Shown: positions 15,975-24,731, numbered from the stretch's first letter. The stretch is 26,520 nucleotides of DNA from an uncultured Clostridia bacterium (GCA_944386645.1 CALXBW010000020.1:1-26520); one strand, 5' to 3'. A program made the numbers and translations. The notes: generated from the letters alone by a model not told the origin.

Positions 15975-16844
15975 TTACTCAATATTTTGAACTTGTTCTC
16001 TAATATTTTCTAATTCATTTTTTACTTCAACAACTAACTTAGTAATATTTAAACAGTTAGCTTTTGAAGCAATCGTATTTATTTCTCTATTCATCTCTTG
16101 TATTAAAAAATCCATTTTTTTACCTATATTATTATCATCAAGCATGTTTTTAAATTGTTCTATATGACTATTTAATCTAGTAATTTCCTCCTCTATTGAA
16201 CATTTGTCAGCAAAAATTACTACTTCCATAGATAATCTATTTTCATCAATAATATCTTCTTTTAAAATTTCCTTAATCCTCTTTTTTAATTTTACTATAT
16301 ATTCTTCAACAAGTCCAGTAGAATAAGAATTTATTTCATTTATATATTTATTTATAACATCTAATCTATTCAGTAGATCTTCTCGTATTTTTTCTCCTTC
16401 TTTAATTCTCATATCTATAAAACTATTTATTGCAATATCTAATCCTTTTAAAAGTTCTTTTTCAATATCTTTATCTTCTTCATTGTCATTTGAACACAAT
16501 ATATCTGGTATCATTAAAATATCAGACATATTAATTATAATTTCTGTATCATTTTCTTGTGATATTTCTTTTATATCAGAAATATAAGTTTCTGCTAATT
16601 TTTTATTAATTTTATTTTTTTTATCAATTTCCAATTCTTCCATTGTTATATGGATATCAAGTTTTCCCCTTGAAATATTCTCCTTTACTTTCTTTCGTAT
16701 AGTATTTTCTAGATAACTAATATTTTTGTTCATTCTTATAGATATATCATTATACTTGTGATTTACAGATTTTATCTCAATAATAAATTTTCTTTTTTCA
16801 CTTTCATAAATACTTCTGCCATATCCAGTCATACTTTTTAACAT
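15975..16844 (-). CDS. yicC: YicC/YloC family endoribonuclease
   Basis: 289 aa. '[10 protein letters not shown]' N-terminus and C-terminal '[20 protein letters not shown]' are hallmarks of the YicC family. Confidence 0.9.
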   Translation of the reverse strand: MLKSMTGYGRSIYESEKRKFIIEIKSVNHKYNDISIRMNKNISYLENTIRKKVKENISRGKLDIHITMEELEIDKKNKINKKLAETYISDIKEISQENDTEIIINMSDILMIPDILCSNDNEEDKDIEKELLKGLDIAINSFIDMRIKEGEKIREDLLNRLDVINKYINEINSYSTGLVEEYIVKLKKRIKEILKEDIIDENRLSMEVVIFADKCSIEEEITRLNSHIEQFKNMLDDNNIGKKMDFLIQEMNREINTIASKANCLNITKLVVEVKNELENIREQVQNIE

Positions 16845-16861
16845 TTATTTAACCATCCTTT

Positions 16862-17344
16862 TTATTTACTAACAATATCTCTTACATCACTCATATTACT
16901 TTTATATTTCTTTACTTCTTTTACATATACATATACTGATTTTAACATATAATATATAGAAATATATAAAAACGATAAGCTTACAATTTTTCTTGTAGCA
17001 TCACTAGATTCAAAAAAAGTATGTGTCATAAAAAGTGTTATAAATGATATACAAAATGTTTCAATTCCATTTAAGAAAATTTCTGGGCTATCTTTTTTAT
17101 ATCCTTTTTCTAATAATATAATAGACAAAACTAAAATAGAGAAACTAAAAACTTTTAAATCTGTAATAAAAACTTCTTGTTCTATATTACGATATCCTAA
17201 ATTTAAAAATCCAAAATATATTACAATAAGTATCGCTATAATAGTATTTACAAATATTTTATCGTATATATTTTCTCTTACTTTTTTAGGAATTATTTTT
17301 TTGTCTTTTAGTTCTAATTCTAATTTCTGTTCAACTTCACTCAT
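16862..17344 (-). CDS. Hypothetical membrane protein (160 aa)
   Basis: ORF with a GGAGGAAG SD, overlapping the rsmE stop. Four hydrophobic segments. Confidence 0.55.
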   Translation of the reverse strand: MSEVEQKLELELKDKKIIPKKVRENIYDKIFVNTIIAILIVIYFGFLNLGYRNIEQEVFITDLKVFSFSILVLSIILLEKGYKKDSPEIFLNGIETFCISFITLFMTHTFFESSDATRKIVSLSFLYISIYYMLKSVYVYVKEVKKYKSNMSDVRDIVSK

Positions 17345-18095
17345 CTTTTCTTCCTCCTATATCTCCTAATTCATACATTATTATAGATGACATAACTATC
17401 GGAGCTGTTTCTGTTCTCAAAATTCTATTACCAAGGCTAACAATATTTACACCACTTCCTTTTAACTTATATACCTCTTCCTTATCTAATCCGCCCTCTG
17501 GTCCAATAATCAAAGCTATATTATTTATATTTTTTCTTTTAATTACATTTTTTATATATTTTTCTTTTTCATCTTCATATGCTAATATAACTATATCGTA
17601 TTCAGGAATAATATTACACAATTGTTTTAAATTTATACAGTTTTTAACTAATGGTATATGTATTCTACCACATTGCATCGCAGCAGCTTCTGCAATTTTA
17701 TTCCATCTCGCAATTTTCTTCATTTCATCCTTACCATTAAGTTTGACTACACATCTTTTTAAACATACTGGAATAAAACTCCATACTCCAAGTTCAGTAC
17801 ATTTTTGAATGATATATTCCATCTTATCAAATTTAGGTAAACCTTGATATATATCTATTTTTATATTAGCCTCACAATTTGAATCTATTCTACTTTCAAT
17901 ATCACATATAATTGTTTCCTTCGTAATTTCTTTAATCATACATAAATACTTACTTTCATTTTCTACTACTATGTTTAATTTATCACCTATATTGTATCTT
18001 AGTACATTTTTTATATGGTTAAAATTATCTCCTAATATTTCTATTTCTTTATTTTCTGTATGTAATTGTTCTTTTCTCACAAAAAAACTTCGCAC
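17337..18095 (-). CDS. rsmE: 16S rRNA (uracil1498-N3)-methyltransferase RsmE
   Basis: 'LIIGPEGGLDKEEV' and 'LGNRILRTETAPI' SPOUT motifs. The probable start is the GTG at 18095 just after GGAGG, giving an N-terminus 'RSFFV'. Confidence 0.85.
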   Translation of the reverse strand: MRSFFVRKEQLHTENKEIEILGDNFNHIKNVLRYNIGDKLNIVVENESKYLCMIKEITKETIICDIESRIDSNCEANIKIDIYQGLPKFDKMEYIIQKCTELGVWSFIPVCLKRCVVKLNGKDEMKKIARWNKIAEAAAMQCGRIHIPLVKNCINLKQLCNIIPEYDIVILAYEDEKEKYIKNVIKRKNINNIALIIGPEGGLDKEEVYKLKGSGVNIVSLGNRILRTETAPIVMSSIIMYELGDIGGRKDE

Positions 18096-18121
18096 CAAAA
18101 CCTCCAAAATATATTGCTAAA

Positions 18122-19357
18122 TTAATTTTTCTTTCTTCTAATTATATAACCTTCTTTTACTTCTATTGGCAAGCGTAATTTGACTTTTTGATTTGCCCTT
18201 CCTGGATTAATATATCCTATCTCTTCATCTGTCTCATAATCCCATAATCCCTCAATTTTAAACTCACATGGATTAATTTGACCAGGTATTATTATTTCCA
18301 TTAAATCATTTTTTTGAAGTTTATTTTTTATTTCTATTACAGTTTTTAAGTCTTCTTCTGTTTTTATAACTTTTCCACCATATTCATAATCTGAATTATA
18401 TTGATTTCCTGTATAATCTTGAAAATCCTTATTATTTCTATCATTAAAATAAAAAGTTGTTAATCCTCTAGTTTTAGTCTTTTCCAGTTCTTTTAAATAT
18501 TTTGTATAATCGTATCTAGACGGACTATTGAAATAATCATCTATAGCATTTCTATAAGCATTTATTACTGTAGCCAAATAATATTCTGTTTTTAATCTTC
18601 CTTCTATTTTTAAACTATCTACATTTAAATTAATTATATCTGGTATTTCTTTTATTAAACATAAATCCTTTGATGAAAATATATAAGTACCATTTTCATC
18701 ATCTTCAACAGGCATTAAATTACCAGGATTATTTGTTTCTTCTACATAAACATTATACTTCCATCTACAACTTTGAGCACAGTCTCCCAAGTTTGCACTT
18801 CTACAAGATAAAAAATCACTTAAAAAACATCTACCAGAATATCCAAAACATATTGCACCATGTACAAAAATTTCTGTTTCTAAACCATTTGGTTTATTTT
18901 CTGTAATATATTTAATTTGATTTTTATTAAGCTCTCTTGCTAAAATAACTCTTTTTGCACCGTTGTTGTACCAAAACCTACTAGCATGCAAACTAACAGT
19001 GTTTGCCTGTGTACTTATATGTATATCTACATCAGGAGCTACTTGCTTTATTAATTCTACAACACCTCCATCAGACACAATAACACCATCTACATTTAAC
19101 TCATTTAACATTTTTGCTTGACTTGCAACTTCTTCATAACTTTCATCCCATGGAAAAATATTTATTGCAACATACACTTTTTTTCCATTTTCATGTGCAT
19201 ATCTTATTGTTTTGAATAAATCATCATCATCCATATCAGCTCTTGTTCTTAATGATAATGAAGAAGTTCCACAATAAATAGCATCTGCTCCATACATAAA
19301 TGCAGTCTTTGCTTTTTCAAAAGAACCTGCTGGAGCTAGTAATTCTGGTTTTTTCAC
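18122..19357 (-). CDS. Peptidase U32 family protein (PrtC/YegQ-like)
   Basis: 'KKPELLAPAGS', 'GADAIYCG', 'ARELN' and 'EIFVHGAICFGYSGRCFLS' are typical of U32. The probable start is the GTG at 19357 after GGAGG. Confidence 0.85.
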   Translation of the reverse strand: MKKPELLAPAGSFEKAKTAFMYGADAIYCGTSSLSLRTRADMDDDDLFKTIRYAHENGKKVYVAINIFPWDESYEEVASQAKMLNELNVDGVIVSDGGVVELIKQVAPDVDIHISTQANTVSLHASRFWYNNGAKRVILARELNKNQIKYITENKPNGLETEIFVHGAICFGYSGRCFLSDFLSCRSANLGDCAQSCRWKYNVYVEETNNPGNLMPVEDDENGTYIFSSKDLCLIKEIPDIINLNVDSLKIEGRLKTEYYLATVINAYRNAIDDYFNSPSRYDYTKYLKELEKTKTRGLTTFYFNDRNNKDFQDYTGNQYNSDYEYGGKVIKTEEDLKTVIEIKNKLQKNDLMEIIIPGQINPCEFKIEGLWDYETDEEIGYINPGRANQKVKLRLPIEVKEGYIIRRKKN

Positions 19358-19471
19358 TTCGCCCTCCAAAAATAATTATAATTTAGTAAATTATATAACA
19401 TATAATTTATTAAATCAAGTTAATAAAAAGAAAAATACCCTTGCAAAATAATTTACAAAGGTTTATTTTTT

Positions 19472-19672
19472 CTATTCAATTCCATATTTTTTCTTAAATT
19501 TATCTGCTCTACCACCTGTTGTATTATGTTTTAAATTTCCTGTCCAAAAAGGATGGCATTTAGAACATACATCAACTTTAAGTTCTGATTTTGTTGAATT
19601 TGTTTCAAGTACATTACCACATGCGCATATTACTTTTGCTGGTTGATATTTTGGATGTATACCCTCTTTCAT
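19472..19672 (-). CDS. rpmE: 50S ribosomal protein L31 (Zn-ribbon type A)
   Basis: 'MKEGIHPKY', 'CACGN' and '[10 protein letters not shown]'. The ATG at 19672 follows GAGGTG. Confidence 0.9.
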   Translation of the reverse strand: MKEGIHPKYQPAKVICACGNVLETNSTKSELKVDVCSKCHPFWTGNLKHNTTGGRADKFKKKYGIE

Positions 19673-19743
19673 TATGTATTCACCTCTTCCTCTAATTTTC
19701 ACATTATAAATTATATTAACATAAATTAATCTTTAATGCAATA

Positions 19744-19905
19744 TTAATTATTCTCATTTTCTATTTTATGATTACTTATAAACTGTACAGATGATTGTAA
19801 TTCACTTAGTAAAGATGTTTTTTGTACTAATTTACTTACTACATTAAAAAGACATGCAATTATTAAAATTATAAAACAAACTTTCTTCCAGTATTTTGCA
19901 ACCAT
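19744..19905 (-). CDS. Small membrane protein (53 aa), below the ORF-track length cutoff
   Basis: GAGGTG SD 5 nt before the ATG at 19905. Sequence: MVAKYWKKVCFIILIIACLFNVVSKLVQKTSLLSELQSSVQFISNHKIENENN, i.e. one N-terminal TM helix and a polar tail. Confidence 0.4.
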   Translation of the reverse strand: MVAKYWKKVCFIILIIACLFNVVSKLVQKTSLLSELQSSVQFISNHKIENENN

Positions 19906-19977
19906 AAATTTCACCTCAATTACAGATAATATTATAACATTTTTTTCATATTTGTCAATCTATTATTTCTTTAACCA

Positions 19978-20025
19978 GGAGATTTCATCGAATATTACAA
20001 TTTTATAATATTCGATGAAATTTCC
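19978..20025. repeat. 48-nt near-perfect inverted repeat (20-bp stem, 8-nt loop)
   Basis: GGAGATTTCATCGAATATTA (19978..19997) pairs with TAATATTCGATGAAATTTCC (20006..20025). There is a single G:T position. Followed on the + strand by CTGTTTT. Confidence 0.8.
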
Positions 20026-20072
20026 CTGTTTTAAGTAGATGAATTTTGACTTATTTTTAACAAACAGTTTTC

Positions 20073-20101
20073 TTGACTTTTTTTCTTCTAGCAATTATAA
20101 T
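20073..20101 (+). promoter_or_regulatory. Near-consensus sigma-A promoter for the small + strand ORF
   Basis: TTGACT (20073..20078), 17 nt spacer, TATAAT (20096..20101). Confidence 0.65.
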
Positions 20102-20137
20102 AAAAATATAACAAATGGAAAAAGGAGTTGATTTTTT

Positions 20138-20302
20138 TTGATTACTCATGAATATACATCAGCTACAAATTGTTTAGCACTAACAATAAAAAAAGAACAT
20201 AAACAAGATGTAATTAAAAATATATCTAAAACCACTCTTCGAGTTTCCATTAAAACATTACTTTATACATTATTTTTAACTTTTGTAAGTATTATAATAT
20301 AG
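20138..20302 (+). CDS. Small protein (54 aa) with a C-terminal hydrophobic helix
   Basis: AAAGGAG SD 10 nt before the TTG at 20138. Sequence: MITHEYTSATNCLALTIKKEHKQDVIKNISKTTLRVSIKTLLYTLFLTFVSIII. It is bracketed by a strong promoter and a canonical terminator. Confidence 0.45.
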   Translation: MITHEYTSATNCLALTIKKEHKQDVIKNISKTTLRVSIKTLLYTLFLTFVSIII

Positions 20303-20307
20303 TATAT

Positions 20308-20334
20308 TCTCCTATTTTTATAGGAGATTTTTTT
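20308..20334 (+). terminator. Canonical intrinsic terminator
   Basis: TCTCCTAT (20308..20315), TTTT loop, ATAGGAGA (20320..20327), then 7 T (20328..20334). Confidence 0.8.
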
Positions 20335-20485
20335 CCTCTTTATTTGTCATTTTTGCTAACTCATCTGCTACATCCTTTTGTTTGGATAATGGTACCCATC
20401 TATGAAATGAGCAAACAAATTCTCCAAACATAGTGGCATCTTCACTTAGATCATCAACATTACTTTTATAAAATCTTTTCATCAT
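20318..20485 (-). CDS. Small soluble protein (55 aa), convergent with the 54-aa ORF
   Basis: TGGAGG SD 5 nt before the ATG at 20485. Sequence: MMKRFYKSNVDDLSEDATMFGEFVCSFHRWVPLSKQKDVADELAKMTNKEEKNLL. Its last codons lie inside the terminator hairpin of the opposite gene. Confidence 0.4.
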   Translation of the reverse strand: MMKRFYKSNVDDLSEDATMFGEFVCSFHRWVPLSKQKDVADELAKMTNKEEKNLL

Positions 20486-20585
20486 AAAAACCTCCATTTG
20501 AGAAATTTATAAAAATTCTTAATATAATTTTCTTTTGTTATATGTATTTTTTTTATTTTTATACGATAATTCAATAGAATTATAT

Positions 20586-20692
20586 AAAAAAATCAAATGT
20601 ACTTTATATTTGTAACTTCCAGCATCATACAGACTGTAAGCTTGCTGGTACCAACAAATTGTTACTTTATAAAAAGTACATTTGATTTTTTT
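20586..20692. repeat. 107-nt extended rod-like hairpin directly after the ABC permease stop. It is either a complex bidirectional terminator or a small structured element.
   Basis: The outer 20-bp perfect stem is A7-TCAAATGTACTTT (20586..20605) with AAAGTACATTTGA-T7 (20673..20692). Inner helices are TAT/ATA, GTAAC (20612..20616)/GTTAC (20661..20665) and CCAGCA (20619..20624)/TGCTGG (20643..20648). Confidence 0.7.
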
Positions 20693-20726
20693 ACACTAGT
20701 AATTATCATTATGAACTATAATTAGA

Positions 20727-23267
20727 TTAAATATTATCATTTCTTAATACATCTACAATATTTTCTTTTTTTATTTGATTTCTTGAATATATCATTGTTA
20801 TATAAACTACTAAATAAACTGCAATTATAGAAATTACTATACCTAACCATGGTATGTTAAACAACATATAACTTTGATAATTGAATGATTTATTCATTAA
20901 ATAACATATAATCATACTTATTGGTAATCCATATAGTAATGATTTAGTTCCATAGAATATACATTCTAGATTTAGCATTTTTTTAAATCCTTTTTCTGTC
21001 ATCCCAACAGATTTTAAATTAGCGAATTCTCTTTTTCTCAATGCTATATTAGTTGATATTGTATTAAATACATTTGATATTCCAACTGCTGATATTAATA
21101 CAATAAATCCATATAAGAATATTTGAATTATTAGCATCATATTCTTATTTTGAGTAGTCTCAGTTACTACATCTGATAGTGTTATACTAAACTCTGTATT
21201 TTCATTTAATATCTCTTTTAATAAAACTCTCATCCCATCTTGTTTATCTTTTTTTACACTTATTAATATGTTAGTTGTAATATAGTCATTTTTTATTATA
21301 TTTTCAAATGTATCATTATTTACTACTAATATAAGACCTGTATAATATTTGTCTATATTCTCTGGAATCTCATCTGTCACTTTACATATATTTATATTTT
21401 CATCTTTTCCTGTATTTGTATAATACTCTTGTAATATAATTGACTCATTTTCCTTATAATTTGAGATATGATATTCAGCATTAACTTCTGTGCCTATTTG
21501 ATTTGCATAATTTACTAAAATTGCTTCATTATTATTTAATTGATTTATTCCAGCCTTTTTCATATATTCTTGCAATGTATTATTATCATATGTTATATAT
21601 TTAACATTTATCTCCATATTATCTAAATCAAATATATATTTCATATATTCATTTTCTTCTATAAGTTTTCTAAGTTCTTTATTTATTTTATCATCAGGTA
21701 ACTCAATAGTATCATTAAATTGATTAACTGTTACCAATTTCGTAATTCCTTCTTGCGTTTTAATTTTATTTATAATATTTTCTTTTTCTTCTGCTACATT
21801 TATATTATTTTGTGAACGAGTATAAAGGTTTAAAGAAAAATCATAATTTTTATCATAATATACTCCACTAAATTGCTTACTCATACCATCAACAAAATTA
21901 GATACAGTTATAAATAATATTATACTTATTGTTAAAGAAATAACTGTAGTTCTGTATTTTCCTTTACTTCTTTTTAAATTTTTAAGTGCAATATCTCCTT
22001 CCACTCCAAAAATTCTTCTTATAAACTTTGGAGTTCTTAACTTTTTAGATTTAATTTTTATATCTCCACTTTGCCTTATTGCTTCTATTGGAGTAATTCT
22101 ACTTGCTTTTATTGCAGGTATAATAACAGACACATAAATTGTTAAAGCCATAGCCAAAATTGCAATTATAATAGATGGAACTGATACTACCAAATCTAAA
22201 TTAGTTGACATAGTTGTAAATAATGGCTTTATCAAATTATTTACAATTTGTAAAACTACCCATATTCCTAATATTCCACATATAATTCCTATTGGTATTC
22301 CTATTACCCCAATTACCAATCCTTCATATAATACTGATTTTCTTATTTGTTTTTTAGTTGCTCCAATTGAAGAAAGCATTCCAAATTGTTTTTTTCTTTC
22401 TGATACTGATATAGCAAAGGCATTATATATTACAAGTATAGCTCCAACTGATATAACAATTAATAGAATTGCACATATCGAATATAAAAATGCTATTAAC
22501 CCGTCATCCTGACTTATACCCATATATGATAATAATGTATTATTGTATTGTATTTTTTCTTCTAAACTTTGATTTTTATATGAATCTAAATCTTTTACAT
22601 ATTCTTGTGATTCTTCAAATATATTCTTTGGATTTTTAGTTATTATTGCAACATCATATGTACTAACATTATTAAAATCTTCTAATTTGGTAATACCAGA
22701 TGTAAAATAGTCTCCACTACCTTCAAAATTAGGTCTTTCTATTATTCCGGTTATTGTATATGTTTTTGAACCTTCTTTTATAAAATTTGAATTTTCATCA
22801 AAATTTCCATAATCAAAATTAATACTATCTCCTATTTTTGGTTCATTATTTTTTCCATCAAAAAATGTTCTACTTATTACAATTTCATCACTATTTGTTG
22901 GCAATTTTCCATTTACTAATTTTACACCTATACCTTCTAAAGCTTTATCGTCATATCCATATATCTTTATATATTCTTCATTTGAATAGTCATTTGCTGC
23001 CATATATAAATCTGATGTAAGCATATAATCTTTTATATTTATATTATTTTCTATATATTTTAAGTCATCTTTACTTATGTCTTTATATATAACTTCCCAT
23101 GCACCATTTTCTTTTTCGTTATTAATTAAAAAATTTTGAAAACTCACACCTAAAGTTGTTACTGCACTTATCATAGCACCTGATAATATAATTCCTATTA
23201 TAGTAACAATAGTCCTTTTTCTATTTAACTTTAGATATCTCTGAGTAAGCTTCTTTAAAATATTCAT
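20727..23267 (-). CDS. ABC transporter permease with duplicated FtsX/MacB-type domains (846 aa)
   Basis: Two repeats, each with one TM, a large extracytoplasmic loop and three TMs (hydrophobic blocks near aa 20-42, 262-400, 440-462 and 715-846). 'ISVSERKKQFGMLSSIGATKKQI' and 'NIALRKREFANLKSVGMTEKGF' are FtsX-domain signatures. Confidence 0.85.
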   Translation of the reverse strand: MNILKKLTQRYLKLNRKRTIVTIIGIILSGAMISAVTTLGVSFQNFLINNEKENGAWEVIYKDISKDDLKYIENNINIKDYMLTSDLYMAANDYSNEEYIKIYGYDDKALEGIGVKLVNGKLPTNSDEIVISRTFFDGKNNEPKIGDSINFDYGNFDENSNFIKEGSKTYTITGIIERPNFEGSGDYFTSGITKLEDFNNVSTYDVAIITKNPKNIFEESQEYVKDLDSYKNQSLEEKIQYNNTLLSYMGISQDDGLIAFLYSICAILLIVISVGAILVIYNAFAISVSERKKQFGMLSSIGATKKQIRKSVLYEGLVIGVIGIPIGIICGILGIWVVLQIVNNLIKPLFTTMSTNLDLVVSVPSIIIAILAMALTIYVSVIIPAIKASRITPIEAIRQSGDIKIKSKKLRTPKFIRRIFGVEGDIALKNLKRSKGKYRTTVISLTISIILFITVSNFVDGMSKQFSGVYYDKNYDFSLNLYTRSQNNINVAEEKENIINKIKTQEGITKLVTVNQFNDTIELPDDKINKELRKLIEENEYMKYIFDLDNMEINVKYITYDNNTLQEYMKKAGINQLNNNEAILVNYANQIGTEVNAEYHISNYKENESIILQEYYTNTGKDENINICKVTDEIPENIDKYYTGLILVVNNDTFENIIKNDYITTNILISVKKDKQDGMRVLLKEILNENTEFSITLSDVVTETTQNKNMMLIIQIFLYGFIVLISAVGISNVFNTISTNIALRKREFANLKSVGMTEKGFKKMLNLECIFYGTKSLLYGLPISMIICYLMNKSFNYQSYMLFNIPWLGIVISIIAVYLVVYITMIYSRNQIKKENIVDVLRNDNI

Positions 23268-23278
23268 TACTATCCCCC

Positions 23279-23968
23279 TTATTTAGCTTTTTGACTATCT
23301 GATGATATTTTTCCATCTTCAATTTTTATTATTCTATCAGCTTCCTTTGCAATATTCATATCATGTGTAATAATAATTAAAGTTTGGTTATATTTTTTAT
23401 TTGAAAACTTTAACAATTCTATTATCTCTTTTGAATTTTTACTATCTAAATTACCTGTTGGTTCATCAGCTAAAATAATTGCAGGATTATTTATTAAACT
23501 TCTTCCTATAGATACTCTTTGTTGTTGACCTCCTGATAATTCATTTGGCAAATGTTTAATTCTGTTTTCTAAACCTAAAGTTCTTATAATTTCATTTAAT
23601 CTTTCTTTATTAACCTCTTTTCCATCTAATAAAACAGGTAATGAAATATTTTCCTCAACATCTAATATGGGTATTAGATTATAAAACTGATAAATTAATC
23701 CTATTTGTCTCCTCCTAAAAATAGCTAAATTATCATTATTTAATGAATAAATATCTGTATTATCTATAAAAACCTTTCCAGATGTAGGTTTATCCACTCC
23801 TCCTAATATATGTAATAAAGTAGATTTTCCTGATCCAGATGCACCTACAATAGCTATAAATTCACCATTTTGTACAGAAAATGATATATTATTTAAAGCA
23901 TTAACTTTGGTTTCACCCTTTCCATATACCTTACATATATTTTCAGCTCTTAATATTTCCATCTTCAC
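23279..23968 (-). CDS. ABC transporter ATP-binding protein (MacB/LolD-like)
   Basis: Walker A 'GASGSGKST', Q-loop 'IGLIYQ', signature 'LSGGQQQR', Walker B 'ILADEPT' and H-loop 'ITHD'. Confidence 0.9.
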   Translation of the reverse strand: MKMEILRAENICKVYGKGETKVNALNNISFSVQNGEFIAIVGASGSGKSTLLHILGGVDKPTSGKVFIDNTDIYSLNNDNLAIFRRRQIGLIYQFYNLIPILDVEENISLPVLLDGKEVNKERLNEIIRTLGLENRIKHLPNELSGGQQQRVSIGRSLINNPAIILADEPTGNLDSKNSKEIIELLKFSNKKYNQTLIIITHDMNIAKEADRIIKIEDGKISSDSQKAK

Positions 23969-24055
23969 TCACATTCCTTTCTTAAGCTACAAATCAATTT
24001 GAGAAAAATTAAATTTTTTTCAAATTACTCCTACTTGATTATTTTTTTACATTAT

Positions 24056-24084
24056 ATTTTAACAAAGTGACACTATAGTGACAA
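24056..24084 (-). promoter_or_regulatory. sigma-A type promoter of the ABC operon, with direct repeats
   Basis: On the minus strand: TTGTCA (24084..24079), 17 nt spacer, TAAAAT (24061..24056). On the + strand, GTGACA occurs at 24067..24072 and again at 24078..24083 (11-nt period), overlapping the -35. Confidence 0.55.
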
Positions 24085-24089
24085 AAAAC

Positions 24090-24194
24090 TTAAATATTTA
24101 TTAATTCTTTTTTGGAAACAGGTAATTCTAGCCATTCTCCTACAAGTTCGCCTTCGTTGTATTTTCCTAAGTTTCCAATCCAAACATTCAGCAT
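24090..24194 (-). pseudogene. ardA: Antirestriction protein ArdA, N-terminal 34-codon stub
   Basis: AGGAG SD followed by ATG at 24194. The product MLNVWIGNLGKYNEGELVGEWLELPVSKKELINI* matches the conserved ArdA N-terminus (compare Tn916 ArdA '..YIANLGKYNEGELVGAW..P'). Full-length ArdA is about 165 aa. Confidence 0.7.
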
Positions 24195-24244
24195 ATAAGC
24201 TCCTTTCCATAAAAAAAGAGCTAGTGTAACAACTAACTCAAATT

Positions 24245-24520
24245 CTATATTTTTTGTAAAATTTCTTTCATTAGAACTTCATCAACTAAACCATCAATCA
24301 TTTGTTGGTATTTGGCAAGTATAGATATTTCGTGTGTATTAGGTGGTTGATATTCTTTTTTTATTTTTTCTTCCACTTCTTTTTTTAGCTCTAATATATA
24401 TTTTTCTCTTTGTACTATCTTAATATCTAATTCTCCTTTAAGTTCTAACTCTTTTTTTCTATATGAATAATTTTTTTCCATATTTTCTAAAATCATTGTC
24501 CCATACTTTCCAAAAATCAT
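24245..24520 (-). CDS. TnpV-like small protein (tentative)
   Basis: AGAGGGG SD 9 nt before the ATG at 24520. 'IFGKYGTM...' and the C-terminal '...MIDGLVDEVLMKEIL' resemble the layout of transposon TnpV proteins. The ORF-track N-terminal extension to 24649 is Cys/Phe-rich and unlikely to be translated. Confidence 0.4.
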   Translation of the reverse strand: MIFGKYGTMILENMEKNYSYRKKELELKGELDIKIVQREKYILELKKEVEEKIKKEYQPPNTHEISILAKYQQMIDGLVDEVLMKEILQKI

Positions 24521-24731
24521 TCTTACTACCCCTCTTTCTATAATAAATTTTACAATACACCATAAGCTAATACAAAACCTAAAACAAAAAAAGAGGTGCA
24601 AAGAGCATTTTTTACTCTCTGCATCTCTTAATTGTTTCATTATATACATTATACTACTTATTTTTCTTGTTTCAACATAGTCTTTTTTTTGTACTGTTTT
24701 TTGTGTGTACTATTTTTACTAGCATTTTTGT

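Noticed and set aside
19978-20025. The hairpin as a dif/Xer recombination site, given that xerD is in the window
   Set aside because: The 16-20 bp arms with an 8-nt spacer do not match the 11-6-11 architecture or the Firmicute dif consensus.
24521-24649. N-terminal 43-codon extension of the TnpV-like ORF (MYIMKQLRDAESKKCSLHLFFCFRFCISLWCIV...)
   Set aside because: It has no SD and an odd Cys/Phe-rich composition. The internal ATG at 24520 has a good SD and coincides with the start of the recognisable similarity.
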